Shown here in pieces: positions 1 to 8,601 of a stretch of 55,878 nt of DNA. The notes beneath the pieces are model-generated. The model was not told where the DNA came from. It was given only the letters and a program-made list of their open reading frames with translations, and made no database searches. Every line of letters starts with the position of its first letter. Position 1 is the stretch's first letter. The translations under genes and the position numbers were made by a program. This DNA comes from Clostridia bacterium (GTDB lineage: Bacteria; Bacillota; Clostridia; RUG12999): NCBI GenBank assembly GCA_045577655.1, contig JAZNIU010000017.1:1-55878 (forward strand). The letters run 5' to 3'.

Positions 1-790
1 TTTTTATCAGATAAACCCTGTTCAGACAGAAAAATTATATCAGCTTGCTGCAGAATGTGCAGGAGATTTAAAAGACAAGGTTGTGTTTGATTTATATTGC
101 GGCGCGGGAACAATTTCGCTCTTCTTATCAGAAAAAGCAAAAAAAGTTTACGGTGTTGAAATTGTACCCGAAGCAGTAGAAAATGCACATGAAAACGCAA
201 AGACAAACGGAATAAAAAATGCTGAGTTTGTTTGTGGTGATGTGCAGAAAATTATTGAAGAAATTTACGATACAGGCGTGCGTGCCGATGTTGTTGTTAT
301 GGACCCGCCGCGTAAAGGCAGTGACGAAAAAACACTTAATATAATCCTTGATATGAAACCTGAAAAAATTGTGTATGTGTCATGTAATCCCGCAACACTT
401 GCAAGGGATTTAAGAGTGCTTGAGGATGGTGGATATAAAACGGAAAAAGTAACACCGGTAGATATGTTTCCGCATACTTGCCATGTGGAGACGGTGGTAT
501 TGTTGTCCCGACTAAAACCTGACGATGTAATCGAAGTTGAGTTGAAATCAGAAGATTTGCACTTGACATCTATTGAGGTAAAAGCAACTTATCAGGAAAT
601 AAAGGATTATATTTTTAGAAAATACGGTTTTAAGGTATCAAGTTTATATATCGCACAGGTTAAACAAAAACTCGTACTACCAATGGGCACGAATTATAAC
701 ACAAGTAAAAAAGGAACAAAGGTTCCAATTTGCCCATCCGAAAAAGAAAAAGCAATTAAAGATGCACTAAAGCACTTCAAGATGCTGTAA
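1..790 (+). CDS. rlmD: 23S rRNA (uracil-C5)-methyltransferase RlmD/RumA, 5'-truncated by the window, with an element-derived C-terminal extension
   Basis: Frame is open from the window start ([13 protein letters not shown]...). SAM motif [15 protein letters not shown], catalytic [12 protein letters not shown] and [12 protein letters not shown] are present; about 94 extra aa follow HVETVVLL. Confidence 0.93.
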   Translation, partial: FYQINPVQTEKLYQLAAECAGDLKDKVVFDLYCGAGTISLFLSEKAKKVYGVEIVPEAVENAHENAKTNGIKNAEFVCGDVQKIIEEIYDTGVRADVVVMDPPRKGSDEKTLNIILDMKPEKIVYVSCNPATLARDLRVLEDGGYKTEKVTPVDMFPHTCHVETVVLLSRLKPDDVIEVELKSEDLHLTSIEVKATYQEIKDYIFRKYGFKVSSLYIAQVKQKLVLPMGTNYNTSKKGTKVPICPSEKEKAIKDALKHFKML

Positions 791-799
791 GGAGATATT

Positions 800-1705
800 T
801 TGATTATGAAAGTGAATTTGATGACTTGGAATACTCGGTTGTACGAATATGGGAATATTATTGATCAACAGAAAAAGAAACCTGTAAAACCAATTGATGT
901 TATCAGAGATAACGCTGTTCTTGAGGTTATAAAGGACCATATTGATAAAAAAGAAAATGCTATTGCTGTATTGCAAGAGATTCCTCTTCGTAGCAACATA
1001 ACTAATAGAGAACATGAAATTTTTACCCTGATATGTGATACTTTCCCAGAAAAAGATTACACCATACTATATAATGTAAATGAAACAGTCAGAAATCAAA
1101 TAAAAATGACAGTTGTTATTTCGAAAAAAAACTTCGTTAAAAAAGATGAAGATGGAATAAATAGTAACAATAAAGACTACTGCAACTGCTTTGTTTCGTT
1201 TATGGTTGGTGAGTTGAAAATTTTGGCAGTACACCAATCGCTAAGAAAAGATGGATTTATAGAGGATAAGATAAAAGATACCAATTATAATCCAGATATA
1301 ATCATTGGTGATTTTAATGCAGGTGATTATAATAAAAGTAATGAAACGAAAGAGTTTCAGGAAAATCGCGAAAAATATAGGGACTTAATTAAGAAATACA
1401 CAGATAAAGTGAAAAAAGTTACATCAATAAATAATACTGAAATAGACCATATTTTGGTAAAAGATGGTCTAAATTTAAAAAATGAAAGTTGTTATGTTGA
1501 TGATAACAATATCCTTTCTGACCACTATCCAATATACTATAGTTTTGAGATTGAGCATTGCGAGAAATACTTGGATGCGGAGGAATATCCTGTTGATAAA
1601 GAAAAATATCCCTACGCCTATGAGTGCACAAAGTGTGAAAGAGTTGTAAAAAACGAAGAAATGTATGCTATACCCGATATGTGTGACGAATGTAGAAATG
1701 GGTGA
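800..1705 (+). CDS. Endonuclease/exonuclease/phosphatase (EEP) family protein with a Cys-rich C-terminal tail
   Basis: Motifs MTWN, LQEI, GDFN, IDHI, SDHYPI. RBS AAGGAG at 789-794; start could be TTG 800 or ATG 806. Tail contains CTKC and CDEC. Confidence 0.85.
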   Translation: MIMKVNLMTWNTRLYEYGNIIDQQKKKPVKPIDVIRDNAVLEVIKDHIDKKENAIAVLQEIPLRSNITNREHEIFTLICDTFPEKDYTILYNVNETVRNQIKMTVVISKKNFVKKDEDGINSNNKDYCNCFVSFMVGELKILAVHQSLRKDGFIEDKIKDTNYNPDIIIGDFNAGDYNKSNETKEFQENREKYRDLIKKYTDKVKKVTSINNTEIDHILVKDGLNLKNESCYVDDNNILSDHYPIYYSFEIEHCEKYLDAEEYPVDKEKYPYAYECTKCERVVKNEEMYAIPDMCDECRNG

Positions 1706-2388
1706 AATTTATGATTTATGTTTGTAGTGACATTCACGGATTTTATTCGGAATATTTAGACGCCATATCACTTTTAGGAAATAGCGATGAGTTATACATA
1801 ATAGGCGATGTTCTTGACAGAGGCAGTGATGGGATAAAAATCATTCAAGATATTATAAAGAGAGACAATGTTACTCTTGTCAAGGGAAACCACGAGTTAA
1901 TGATGCTGGAGATTTTTGAAAATATCCTTTTTAGTTTTGGCAATGGAAACGAGATACAGAGCATTATAGAGGAGGAACTCAAAATTTCTCAAATTGGTCA
2001 GGAGAAAACCTTGATTGATTTTTCCAAACTTGATAGATGCGAACAGAGTGAAATAATAAACTTTATAAAAAGTCTACCGCTTTATGAGGAAGTAAAAGTA
2101 AATGGTAGAAACTACATACTGGTACACGCTGGTATTCCTGATTTTGATGGGTTGCCAATCGAGTATTATGAGGAAAATGAACTTTTATTTGGACCTCACG
2201 ATTATAAAGAAATTCATTATGAGAATACTACGATTATTTGCGGGCATCTTCCTACGCGATTTATTGATGGCGCCACCCCTGATGTAATATACAGAGGTGC
2301 AGACACAATAAATGTTGATTGCGGCTTAGGATTTGGTGGACAACTTGGAGTATTATGTTTAGACACAGACGAAGAAATCTATTTTTAG
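1702..2388 (+). CDS. Calcineurin-like metallophosphoesterase (PPP Ser/Thr phosphatase family)
   Basis: SDIHG, GDVLDRG, GNHE, HAG, GHLPT, DCG motifs. GTG start overlaps the upstream TGA (alternative ATG at 1711). Confidence 0.88.
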   Translation: MKFMIYVCSDIHGFYSEYLDAISLLGNSDELYIIGDVLDRGSDGIKIIQDIIKRDNVTLVKGNHELMMLEIFENILFSFGNGNEIQSIIEEELKISQIGQEKTLIDFSKLDRCEQSEIINFIKSLPLYEEVKVNGRNYILVHAGIPDFDGLPIEYYEENELLFGPHDYKEIHYENTTIICGHLPTRFIDGATPDVIYRGADTINVDCGLGFGGQLGVLCLDTDEEIYF

Positions 2389-2422
2389 CGATTTAAATTG
2401 ACCATGTTGGGAAAACAAAAAT

Positions 2423-2458
2423 CACGTTGAGTGCGTTGCATTATTGTGCAGGAAATAA
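2423..2458 (+). pseudogene. Displaced original 3' end of rlmD (attR-like site)
   Basis: Translates as H-V-E-C-V-A-L-L-C-R-K-stop, the canonical RlmD C-terminus. Confidence 0.75.
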
Positions 2459-2500
2459 TATGCATATACTTCATTATTCATCAAAATAATACAAAAACTA

Positions 2501-2529
2501 TTGACTTTTTTTCTACATAATAATATAAT
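2501..2529 (+). promoter_or_regulatory. Sigma-A promoter of the T-box leader
   Basis: TTGACT (2501-2506), 17 nt spacer, TATAAT (2524-2529). Confidence 0.8.
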
Positions 2530-2541
2530 ATATTTCATAAA

Positions 2542-2812
2542 TGCGATGATCGGAAACAAGTAGCGCTGCAATTATGTTTTCAAGAGAACTGTCGGTTGGT
2601 GCGAGGCAGAAACAGTTGCAGAGGTGAATACATTCCGGGAGCAGTGCACCGAACGGCAAGGATTTTGCTTAGTAGGCTGCAACGGGAGCACCCGTTACAG
2701 TGCGGGGGCATAGTTCTTCTGTGCCTGAAAAGTGGTCGCATCTTTATGCGGCAATTGAGGTGGTACCGCGGATATAATTCCGTCCTCTGCAAAAAAATGC
2801 AGAGGGCTTTTT
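2542..2812 (+). promoter_or_regulatory. T-box riboswitch, predicted Tyr specifier (UAC)
   Basis: Stem I base CGGAA/TTCCG, AGTA S-turn, AGAGA box (2583), GGTGCGA loop (2598), GAA-TAC specifier (TAC at 2629-2631), T-box AATTGAGGTGGTACCGCG (2753-2770), terminator CCTCTGC-N8-GCAGAGG followed by a U-run. Confidence 0.93.
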
Positions 2813-2857
2813 GTTTTAGAAGCCCTGTGCAGATTTAAACAGGAAGGAAAGAAAAAT

Positions 2858-4495
2858 ATGCCTATTACCGAAATTTTACAAAAGAATGCAGATTTTTATC
2901 CCAACGATGTTTCCCTTGTTGAGATAAATCCGAAACTTGAAAACCAGACGAGGCTTACATGGAGGGAATATTCGCTGATAGAAACAAGTCCCAACGAAGC
3001 TTACAGAACAGAAATTACCTGGAGTCAGTTCAACAAAAAGGCAAACCGGTTTGCAAACCTTTTGCTGACAAAAGGCATTAAAAAGGGAGATAAGGTTGCC
3101 ATCCTTTTAATGAACTGTCTTGAATGGCTGCCCATTTACTTTGGTATTTTAAAAACGGGAGCGCTTGTTGTTCCGCTTAACTACAGATATACTTCTGACG
3201 AAATAAAATACTGTCTTAAACTTGCAGAGGCAGATGCCATTATTTTTGGTCCGGAGTTTATCGGCCGTGTTGAAGAGATTTTTAACAGAATACCCAAAGT
3301 TAAAGACTGGATTTATGTTGGCAACGACTGCCCGACTTTTGCACAGTCCTATGACAAGCTTGTAACCTACTGTTCATCATCGTCGCCGAAAATAGAACTG
3401 TCGGACGATGATGAGGCAGCAATATATTTTTCTTCCGGAACAACCGGTTTTCCGAAAGCTATTGTCCATGCACACAGAAGTCTGATGCATGCTGCCAGAA
3501 CGGAACAGGCACATCATTCCCAGACAAAAGAAGATGTTTTTCTGTGTATTCCGCCCCTTTACCATACAGGTGCAAAAATGCACTGGTTCGGAAGCTTTTT
3601 AGTTGGCGGCAAAGCTGTGCTGCTTAAAGGTATTAAACCGGAATGGATTTTAGACACTGTTTCCAAAGAAAAATGCTCAATTGTCTGGTTGCTGGTACCC
3701 TGGGCACAGGATATTTTAGACGCTATAGACAGGGGAGATATAAACCTTGAAGATTATGACCTTTCAAATTGGAGACTTATGCATATCGGAGCTCAGCCGG
3801 TGCCTCCGAGCCTCATAAAAAGATGGAAAAAGCTTTTCCCAAACCACGAATATGACACAAACTATGGTCTTTCTGAATCTATCGGACCGGGTTGCGTTCA
3901 CCTTGGAGTCGAAAACATTCATAAGGTTGGTGCTATCGGTAAAGCCGGTTTTGGCTGGGAGGTTTCCATTGTAGATGAAAACAAAAAACCGGTTAAAAAA
4001 GGTGAAATCGGTGAGCTTGCAGTTAAAGGACCTGGCGTGATGCTTTGTTATTTCAAAGACGAAAAAGCGACAAACGAAGTTCTTGCTGACGGTTGGCTCT
4101 ATACGGGAGATGTTGCCCAGGAGGATGAAGACGGATTTATTTTCCTTGTTGACAGGAAAAAAGACGTTATCATTTCGGGCGGAGAAAATATCTATCCTGT
4201 TCAGATTGAAGATTTTATCAGGAAAAATGATAAAGTAAAAGACGTTGCGGTAATTGGACTTCCGCATGCAAGACTTGGCGAAATTTCTGCAGCTGTTATA
4301 GAAGTTAAAGAGGGCTGCACGATGACTGAAGAAGAAGTTGAAGATTTCTGTTTTGATTTGCCAAGATACAAACGACCGGGTAAATTTATTTTTGCAGAGG
4401 TTCCGAGAAATCCGACCGGAAAAATTGAAAAACCAAAGCTCAGGGAAATTTACTGCGGCGAAAGTGTTGTTGCGCAACAAAATGAGATTAAATAA
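2858..4495 (+). CDS. AMP-forming acyl-CoA synthetase (ANL superfamily)
   Basis: YFSSGTTGFPK P-loop, YGLSE, WLYTGD, DRKKDVIISGGENIYP, PRNPTGKIEK. Confidence 0.92.
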   Translation: MPITEILQKNADFYPNDVSLVEINPKLENQTRLTWREYSLIETSPNEAYRTEITWSQFNKKANRFANLLLTKGIKKGDKVAILLMNCLEWLPIYFGILKTGALVVPLNYRYTSDEIKYCLKLAEADAIIFGPEFIGRVEEIFNRIPKVKDWIYVGNDCPTFAQSYDKLVTYCSSSSPKIELSDDDEAAIYFSSGTTGFPKAIVHAHRSLMHAARTEQAHHSQTKEDVFLCIPPLYHTGAKMHWFGSFLVGGKAVLLKGIKPEWILDTVSKEKCSIVWLLVPWAQDILDAIDRGDINLEDYDLSNWRLMHIGAQPVPPSLIKRWKKLFPNHEYDTNYGLSESIGPGCVHLGVENIHKVGAIGKAGFGWEVSIVDENKKPVKKGEIGELAVKGPGVMLCYFKDEKATNEVLADGWLYTGDVAQEDEDGFIFLVDRKKDVIISGGENIYPVQIEDFIRKNDKVKDVAVIGLPHARLGEISAAVIEVKEGCTMTEEEVEDFCFDLPRYKRPGKFIFAEVPRNPTGKIEKPKLREIYCGESVVAQQNEIK

Positions 4496-4512
4496 GGAAA
4501 GGGAAGTTTAAA

Positions 4513-6249
4513 ATGAAAGAATTGATGCTTGGTAATGCAGCTGTTGCAAGAGGGGCTTACGAGGCAGGGGTTACAGTTGTTGCTTCTTACCCCGGAACAC
4601 CCAGCACAGAGATTACCGAAAACATTGTTAAATATGACGAAATATATGCAGAATGGTCGCCCAACGAAAAAGTTGCGGCAGAAGTTGCTATCGGTGCGTC
4701 TATTGCAGGGGCAAGGAGCATGTCCTGTATGAAACACGTGGGTCTTAATGTTATGGCAGATCCGGTGTTCACTGTTAGTTATATCGGTGCAAACGGTGGG
4801 CTTGTATTTTGTGTTGCCGACGACCCGGGCATGCATTCTTCGCAGAACGAACAAGATTCAAGACACTATGCAAAAGCTTCTAAAATTGCAATGCTTGAAC
4901 CTGCTGATTCAGAGGAATGTAAAGAATATACAAAACTTGCTTTTGATATTTCGGAAAAATATGACACCCCTGTTTTCATAAGATTGTCTACAAGAGTTTC
5001 TCACTCGCAAAGTCTTGTTGAACTTGGCGAAAGAAAAGAAGCAGGACTTAAAAATTATGAAAAGAACATCGGCAAAAACGTTATGATGCCGGGTAATGCA
5101 ATCAAACGTCACGTTGTTGTTGAAGAAAGAATAGAAAAGTTAAAAGCACTCAGCGAAGAAACATCGCTTAACAGTGTTGAAATGAACGGTAGTGATATTG
5201 GCGTAATTTCTGCCGGAATTTCACATATGTATGCTAAAGAGGCTTTAGGCGACAGGGTTAACTACCTTAAACTCGGCATGGTATACCCTCTGCCGGAAAA
5301 ACTTATAAAAGATTTTTGCAGCAAATGTAAAAAAGTGTTTGTTGTTGAAGAACTTGATCCGGTGATTGAAGACCATTGTAAAGCCATTGGTGCAAATGTC
5401 AGCGGCAAGGAAAACTTTACTCTTTTAGGAGAATATACGCCGACTATGATAAGAAAAGCAGTGCTTGGCGAAAAATCTCCCGAATTTAATCAGGTAGAAG
5501 AAACAATTCCGGTTCGTCCGCCGGTAATGTGTCCGGGTTGTCCGCACAGAGGAACCTTTTATGTTCTTAAAAAGCTTGGACTTACTGTCAGCGGAGACAT
5601 CGGATGCTATACTCTCGGCGCGGTTGCACCTCTTGCAAGTATGGATACAACAATCTGTATGGGCGCTTCCGTCAGCGCGGCGCACGGTATGGCAAAAGCC
5701 AGAGGTGAAGAATTCAACAAAAAGCTTGTTGCTGTTATAGGTGATTCCACTTTTATGCATTCGGGTATTACAGGGCTTGTTGACATTGTTTACAATAAGG
5801 GAAACAATACGGTTATTATTCTTGATAACTCAATCACGGGAATGACCGGACATCAGCAGAATCCGACGACAGGATACACAATTAAAGGGGAAAGCACAAA
5901 CCAGGTTGACCTTATTGCACTTTGTCGCGGAATAGGGGTTGAGCATATTGTGGTTGCTGACCCGTTTGACATTAAAAACTTTGAAAAAGTTGTTAAAGAA
6001 GAAACAGAAAGAGAAGCTCCGTCGGTAATAATTGCGCAGCGTCCCTGCGCACTTCTCAAAACTGTTAAATATTCAGGTTTTTGCAAAATAACCGACAAAT
6101 GTAAAAAGTGTAAAGCCTGTATGAAAATTGGTTGTCCTGCAATTTCAATTAAAGACGGTAATGTTATGATTGACCAGAACCAGTGTAACGGTTGCGGACT
6201 CTGTACAAATCTTTGTCCGTTTGGTGCAATTGAAAAGGAGGAAAACTGA
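4513..6249 (+). CDS. iorA: Indolepyruvate:ferredoxin oxidoreductase alpha subunit
   Basis: LMLGNAAVARG, YPGTPSTEI, NEKVA, MKHVGLNV, SSQNEQD, CPGCPHR, GDIGCY, TPP motif GDSTF..DN, C-terminal 2x[4Fe-4S] domain. Confidence 0.95.
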   Translation: MKELMLGNAAVARGAYEAGVTVVASYPGTPSTEITENIVKYDEIYAEWSPNEKVAAEVAIGASIAGARSMSCMKHVGLNVMADPVFTVSYIGANGGLVFCVADDPGMHSSQNEQDSRHYAKASKIAMLEPADSEECKEYTKLAFDISEKYDTPVFIRLSTRVSHSQSLVELGERKEAGLKNYEKNIGKNVMMPGNAIKRHVVVEERIEKLKALSEETSLNSVEMNGSDIGVISAGISHMYAKEALGDRVNYLKLGMVYPLPEKLIKDFCSKCKKVFVVEELDPVIEDHCKAIGANVSGKENFTLLGEYTPTMIRKAVLGEKSPEFNQVEETIPVRPPVMCPGCPHRGTFYVLKKLGLTVSGDIGCYTLGAVAPLASMDTTICMGASVSAAHGMAKARGEEFNKKLVAVIGDSTFMHSGITGLVDIVYNKGNNTVIILDNSITGMTGHQQNPTTGYTIKGESTNQVDLIALCRGIGVEHIVVADPFDIKNFEKVVKEETEREAPSVIIAQRPCALLKTVKYSGFCKITDKCKKCKACMKIGCPAISIKDGNVMIDQNQCNGCGLCTNLCPFGAIEKEEN

Positions 6250-6250
6250 T

Positions 6251-6817
6251 ATGAGCGGAAAAATAATGATTGTTGGCGTTGGCGGACAGGGAACACTGCT
6301 TGCTAGCAGAATTCTCGGAGGTGCGCTTATAGGTGAAGGATATGACGTTAAGCTTTCCGAGGTGCACGGTATGAGCCAGAGAGGCGGAAGTGTTGTAACC
6401 TATGTTAAATATGATAAAAAAGTTTTTTCTCCCATAATTGACAAAGGGGAAGCGGACATAATTTTAGCTTTTGAAAAGCTTGAAGCATTAAGAGCACTCC
6501 CGTTCCTTAAAAAAGACGGAAAAATGATTGTTAATGACCAGACCATTGACCCGATGCCTGTTATAACAGGTGCTATGGAATATCCGGAAAATATCACGGA
6601 AAAACTTGAAAAAATTGTGGATTTAACAGTTGTTCCGGCGCTTAAACTTGCAAAAGAAGCGGGCAGCGCAAAAGCTGTTAACGTTGTCTTGATTGGCGTT
6701 ATGGCAAAGAATACCAAAATTCCGTATGAAAGATGGATTGAAACAATAAAAAATACTGTCCCACCGAAATTTTTGGAAATTAATCTGAAAGCTTTTGAGC
6801 TTGGATACAACTTTTAA
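6251..6817 (+). CDS. iorB: Indolepyruvate:ferredoxin oxidoreductase beta subunit
   Basis: GVGGQG and SEVHGMSQRGGSV motifs. ATG 6251 follows AAGGAGG. Confidence 0.95.
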   Translation: MSGKIMIVGVGGQGTLLASRILGGALIGEGYDVKLSEVHGMSQRGGSVVTYVKYDKKVFSPIIDKGEADIILAFEKLEALRALPFLKKDGKMIVNDQTIDPMPVITGAMEYPENITEKLEKIVDLTVVPALKLAKEAGSAKAVNVVLIGVMAKNTKIPYERWIETIKNTVPPKFLEINLKAFELGYNF

Positions 6818-6831
6818 CAGAGGTGTAAAAA

Positions 6832-8139
6832 ATGAGTTTTTATCAAACTGAAATTGAGTGTATGGACCGTGAGGAACTTAAAAAACTCCAGTCTGAGCGT
6901 CTGAAATGGCAAGTTGAAAGAATGTACGACAAAGTTTCGTTATTCAGAGAAAGAATGCAGGAAAAAGGACTTACTCCCGAAGACATTAAAAGTGTTGACG
7001 ACATTGTAAAACTTCCATTTTCATATAAGCAGGATTTAAGAGACTATTATCCATATGGGCTTTTTGCCGAGTCTATGGATAAAATTGTCAGAGTCCATGC
7101 TTCTTCCGGTACAACCGGCAAACAGATTGTTGTTGGTTATACAAGAAAAGATCTGGACGACTGGTCGGATTGCGTTGCCAGAATGCTTAGTGCAATAGGA
7201 GCATCAGAAGAGTCTTTTGTGCAGGTTTCTTATGGTTACGGACTGTTCACCGGCGGTCTTGGCGCACACGACGGAGCACAGAAAATAGGCGCAACTGTTA
7301 TTCCTACTTCTTCCGGTAACACGGCAAGACAAATTCAGACAATGATAGATTTTGGTTCTACAATTTTGTGCTGCACACCTTCCTATGCAATGTATCTTGC
7401 AGAAACAATTGAGGAAATGGGTGTCAAAGACCAGCTCAAACTTAAAGCCGGAATTTTTGGTGCTGAACCCTGGTCGGAAGAAATGAGAAAAACCATTGAA
7501 GATAAACTCGGAATTAAAGCGTATGATATATATGGCCTTTCTGAAATAATGGGACCGGGTGTTTCTTTTGAATGTGAACATCAGTGTGGAATGCACGTCA
7601 ATGAAGATATGTTTATTCCTGAAATTATCGACCCTGACACAGGCGAACCGGTTGAAGAAGGACAGTCTGGAGAACTGGTGTTTACAACAATTACAAAAGA
7701 AGGGTTCCCGCTTATACGCTACAGAACAAGAGATATTTGTTCTTTGAATTATGAAAAATGCAGCTGCGGAAGAACTTTTATCAGAATGAGAAAACCAACC
7801 GGCAGAAGCGATGATATGATGATTATCCGCGGTGTAAACGTTTTCCCGTCGCAGATTGAAGAAGTTCTGCTCAAGGTAAGTGGTGGAGAAATTTCTCCAA
7901 ACTATCAGATTGTTGTAGACAGGGTAAACAACACAGACACTCTTGATGTTAATGTTGAAATGAGCGAAAAACTCTTCTTTGACGATGTTAAATCAATCGA
8001 AAAGGTAGAAAGAACCATCACCGAACAGTTGAGAAATGTTCTTGGAATAGGGGCAAAGGTTCATCTTGTTAATCCAAAATCCATTGAACGTAGCGAAGGA
8101 AAAGCAAAACGTGTAATTGATAAGAGAAAAATACACTGA
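6832..8139 (+). CDS. paaK: Phenylacetate-CoA ligase (PaaK/PaaF family)
   Basis: DLRDYYPYGLFA, HASSGTTGK, YGYGLFTGG, GAEPWSE, YGLSEIMGPG, GRSDDMMIIRGVNVFPSQIE, SEGKAKRV. Confidence 0.94.
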   Translation: MSFYQTEIECMDREELKKLQSERLKWQVERMYDKVSLFRERMQEKGLTPEDIKSVDDIVKLPFSYKQDLRDYYPYGLFAESMDKIVRVHASSGTTGKQIVVGYTRKDLDDWSDCVARMLSAIGASEESFVQVSYGYGLFTGGLGAHDGAQKIGATVIPTSSGNTARQIQTMIDFGSTILCCTPSYAMYLAETIEEMGVKDQLKLKAGIFGAEPWSEEMRKTIEDKLGIKAYDIYGLSEIMGPGVSFECEHQCGMHVNEDMFIPEIIDPDTGEPVEEGQSGELVFTTITKEGFPLIRYRTRDICSLNYEKCSCGRTFIRMRKPTGRSDDMMIIRGVNVFPSQIEEVLLKVSGGEISPNYQIVVDRVNNTDTLDVNVEMSEKLFFDDVKSIEKVERTITEQLRNVLGIGAKVHLVNPKSIERSEGKAKRVIDKRKIH

Positions 8140-8157
8140 TTTGAAAGGATTGATTGT

Positions 8158-8583
8158 ATGTTTATAGAACAGATTTCCGTTTTTGTGGAAAACAAATTTG
8201 GACGACTTGCAAAAATTGTTGAACTTTTCAGTAAAAACGATATAAACTTAGGCGCACTTTCAATTGCAGACACAACAGATTTTGGAATACTCAGAATTAT
8301 TGTTGATAAACCGGACCTTGCGCTTAAAGTTCTTAAAGAAAACGGCATTACTGCAAAGAGCACGGAGGTTATTGCGGTTGCAATTGAAAATCAGCCGGGC
8401 GGACTTTCTAAAGTGCTTGATACACTCACCGAAAGCGAAATTGCTATTGAATATATGTATGCTTTTGTCGGTAAGGTTGAGGGGAAAGCGCTTATGGTAG
8501 TTAAAACAGACAAGATGGCCGAAACAGTTGATTCGCTTACCCAAAAAGGTGTTGAAATTTTTGAAAAATGTGCAATATTTTAA
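8158..8583 (+). CDS. Tandem ACT-domain (amino-acid-binding) protein
   Basis: QISVFVENKFGRL, SIADTTDFGILR, PGGL, IEYMYAF; typical partner of paaK/ior. Confidence 0.9.
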   Translation: MFIEQISVFVENKFGRLAKIVELFSKNDINLGALSIADTTDFGILRIIVDKPDLALKVLKENGITAKSTEVIAVAIENQPGGLSKVLDTLTESEIAIEYMYAFVGKVEGKALMVVKTDKMAETVDSLTQKGVEIFEKCAIF

Positions 8584-8601
8584 TTGAAAAGAGGAAATGA
8601 A

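Larger units (their letters stand above)
482..2458. mobile_element. Genomic islet inserted in the rlmD 3' end (no recombinase inside)
   Basis: Bounded by CATGTGGAGACGGTGGTATTGTTG (482) and CACGTTGAGTGCGTTGCATTATTG (2423), 16/24 nt identical and both encoding an HVExVxLL rlmD tail. The interior is AT-rich, and Leu codons lack the host's strong CTT preference. Confidence 0.75.

Noticed and set aside
2580-2838. 70-aa and 80-aa ORFs in the leader
   Set aside because: They overlap the structured T-box RNA, lack an SD and have no protein-like features.
3764-4854. Long antisense ORFs (238 aa, 134 aa), and similar ones such as 50978-51583 and 54024-54707
   Set aside because: Shadow frames of well-supported genes on the opposite strand; no motifs or SD.
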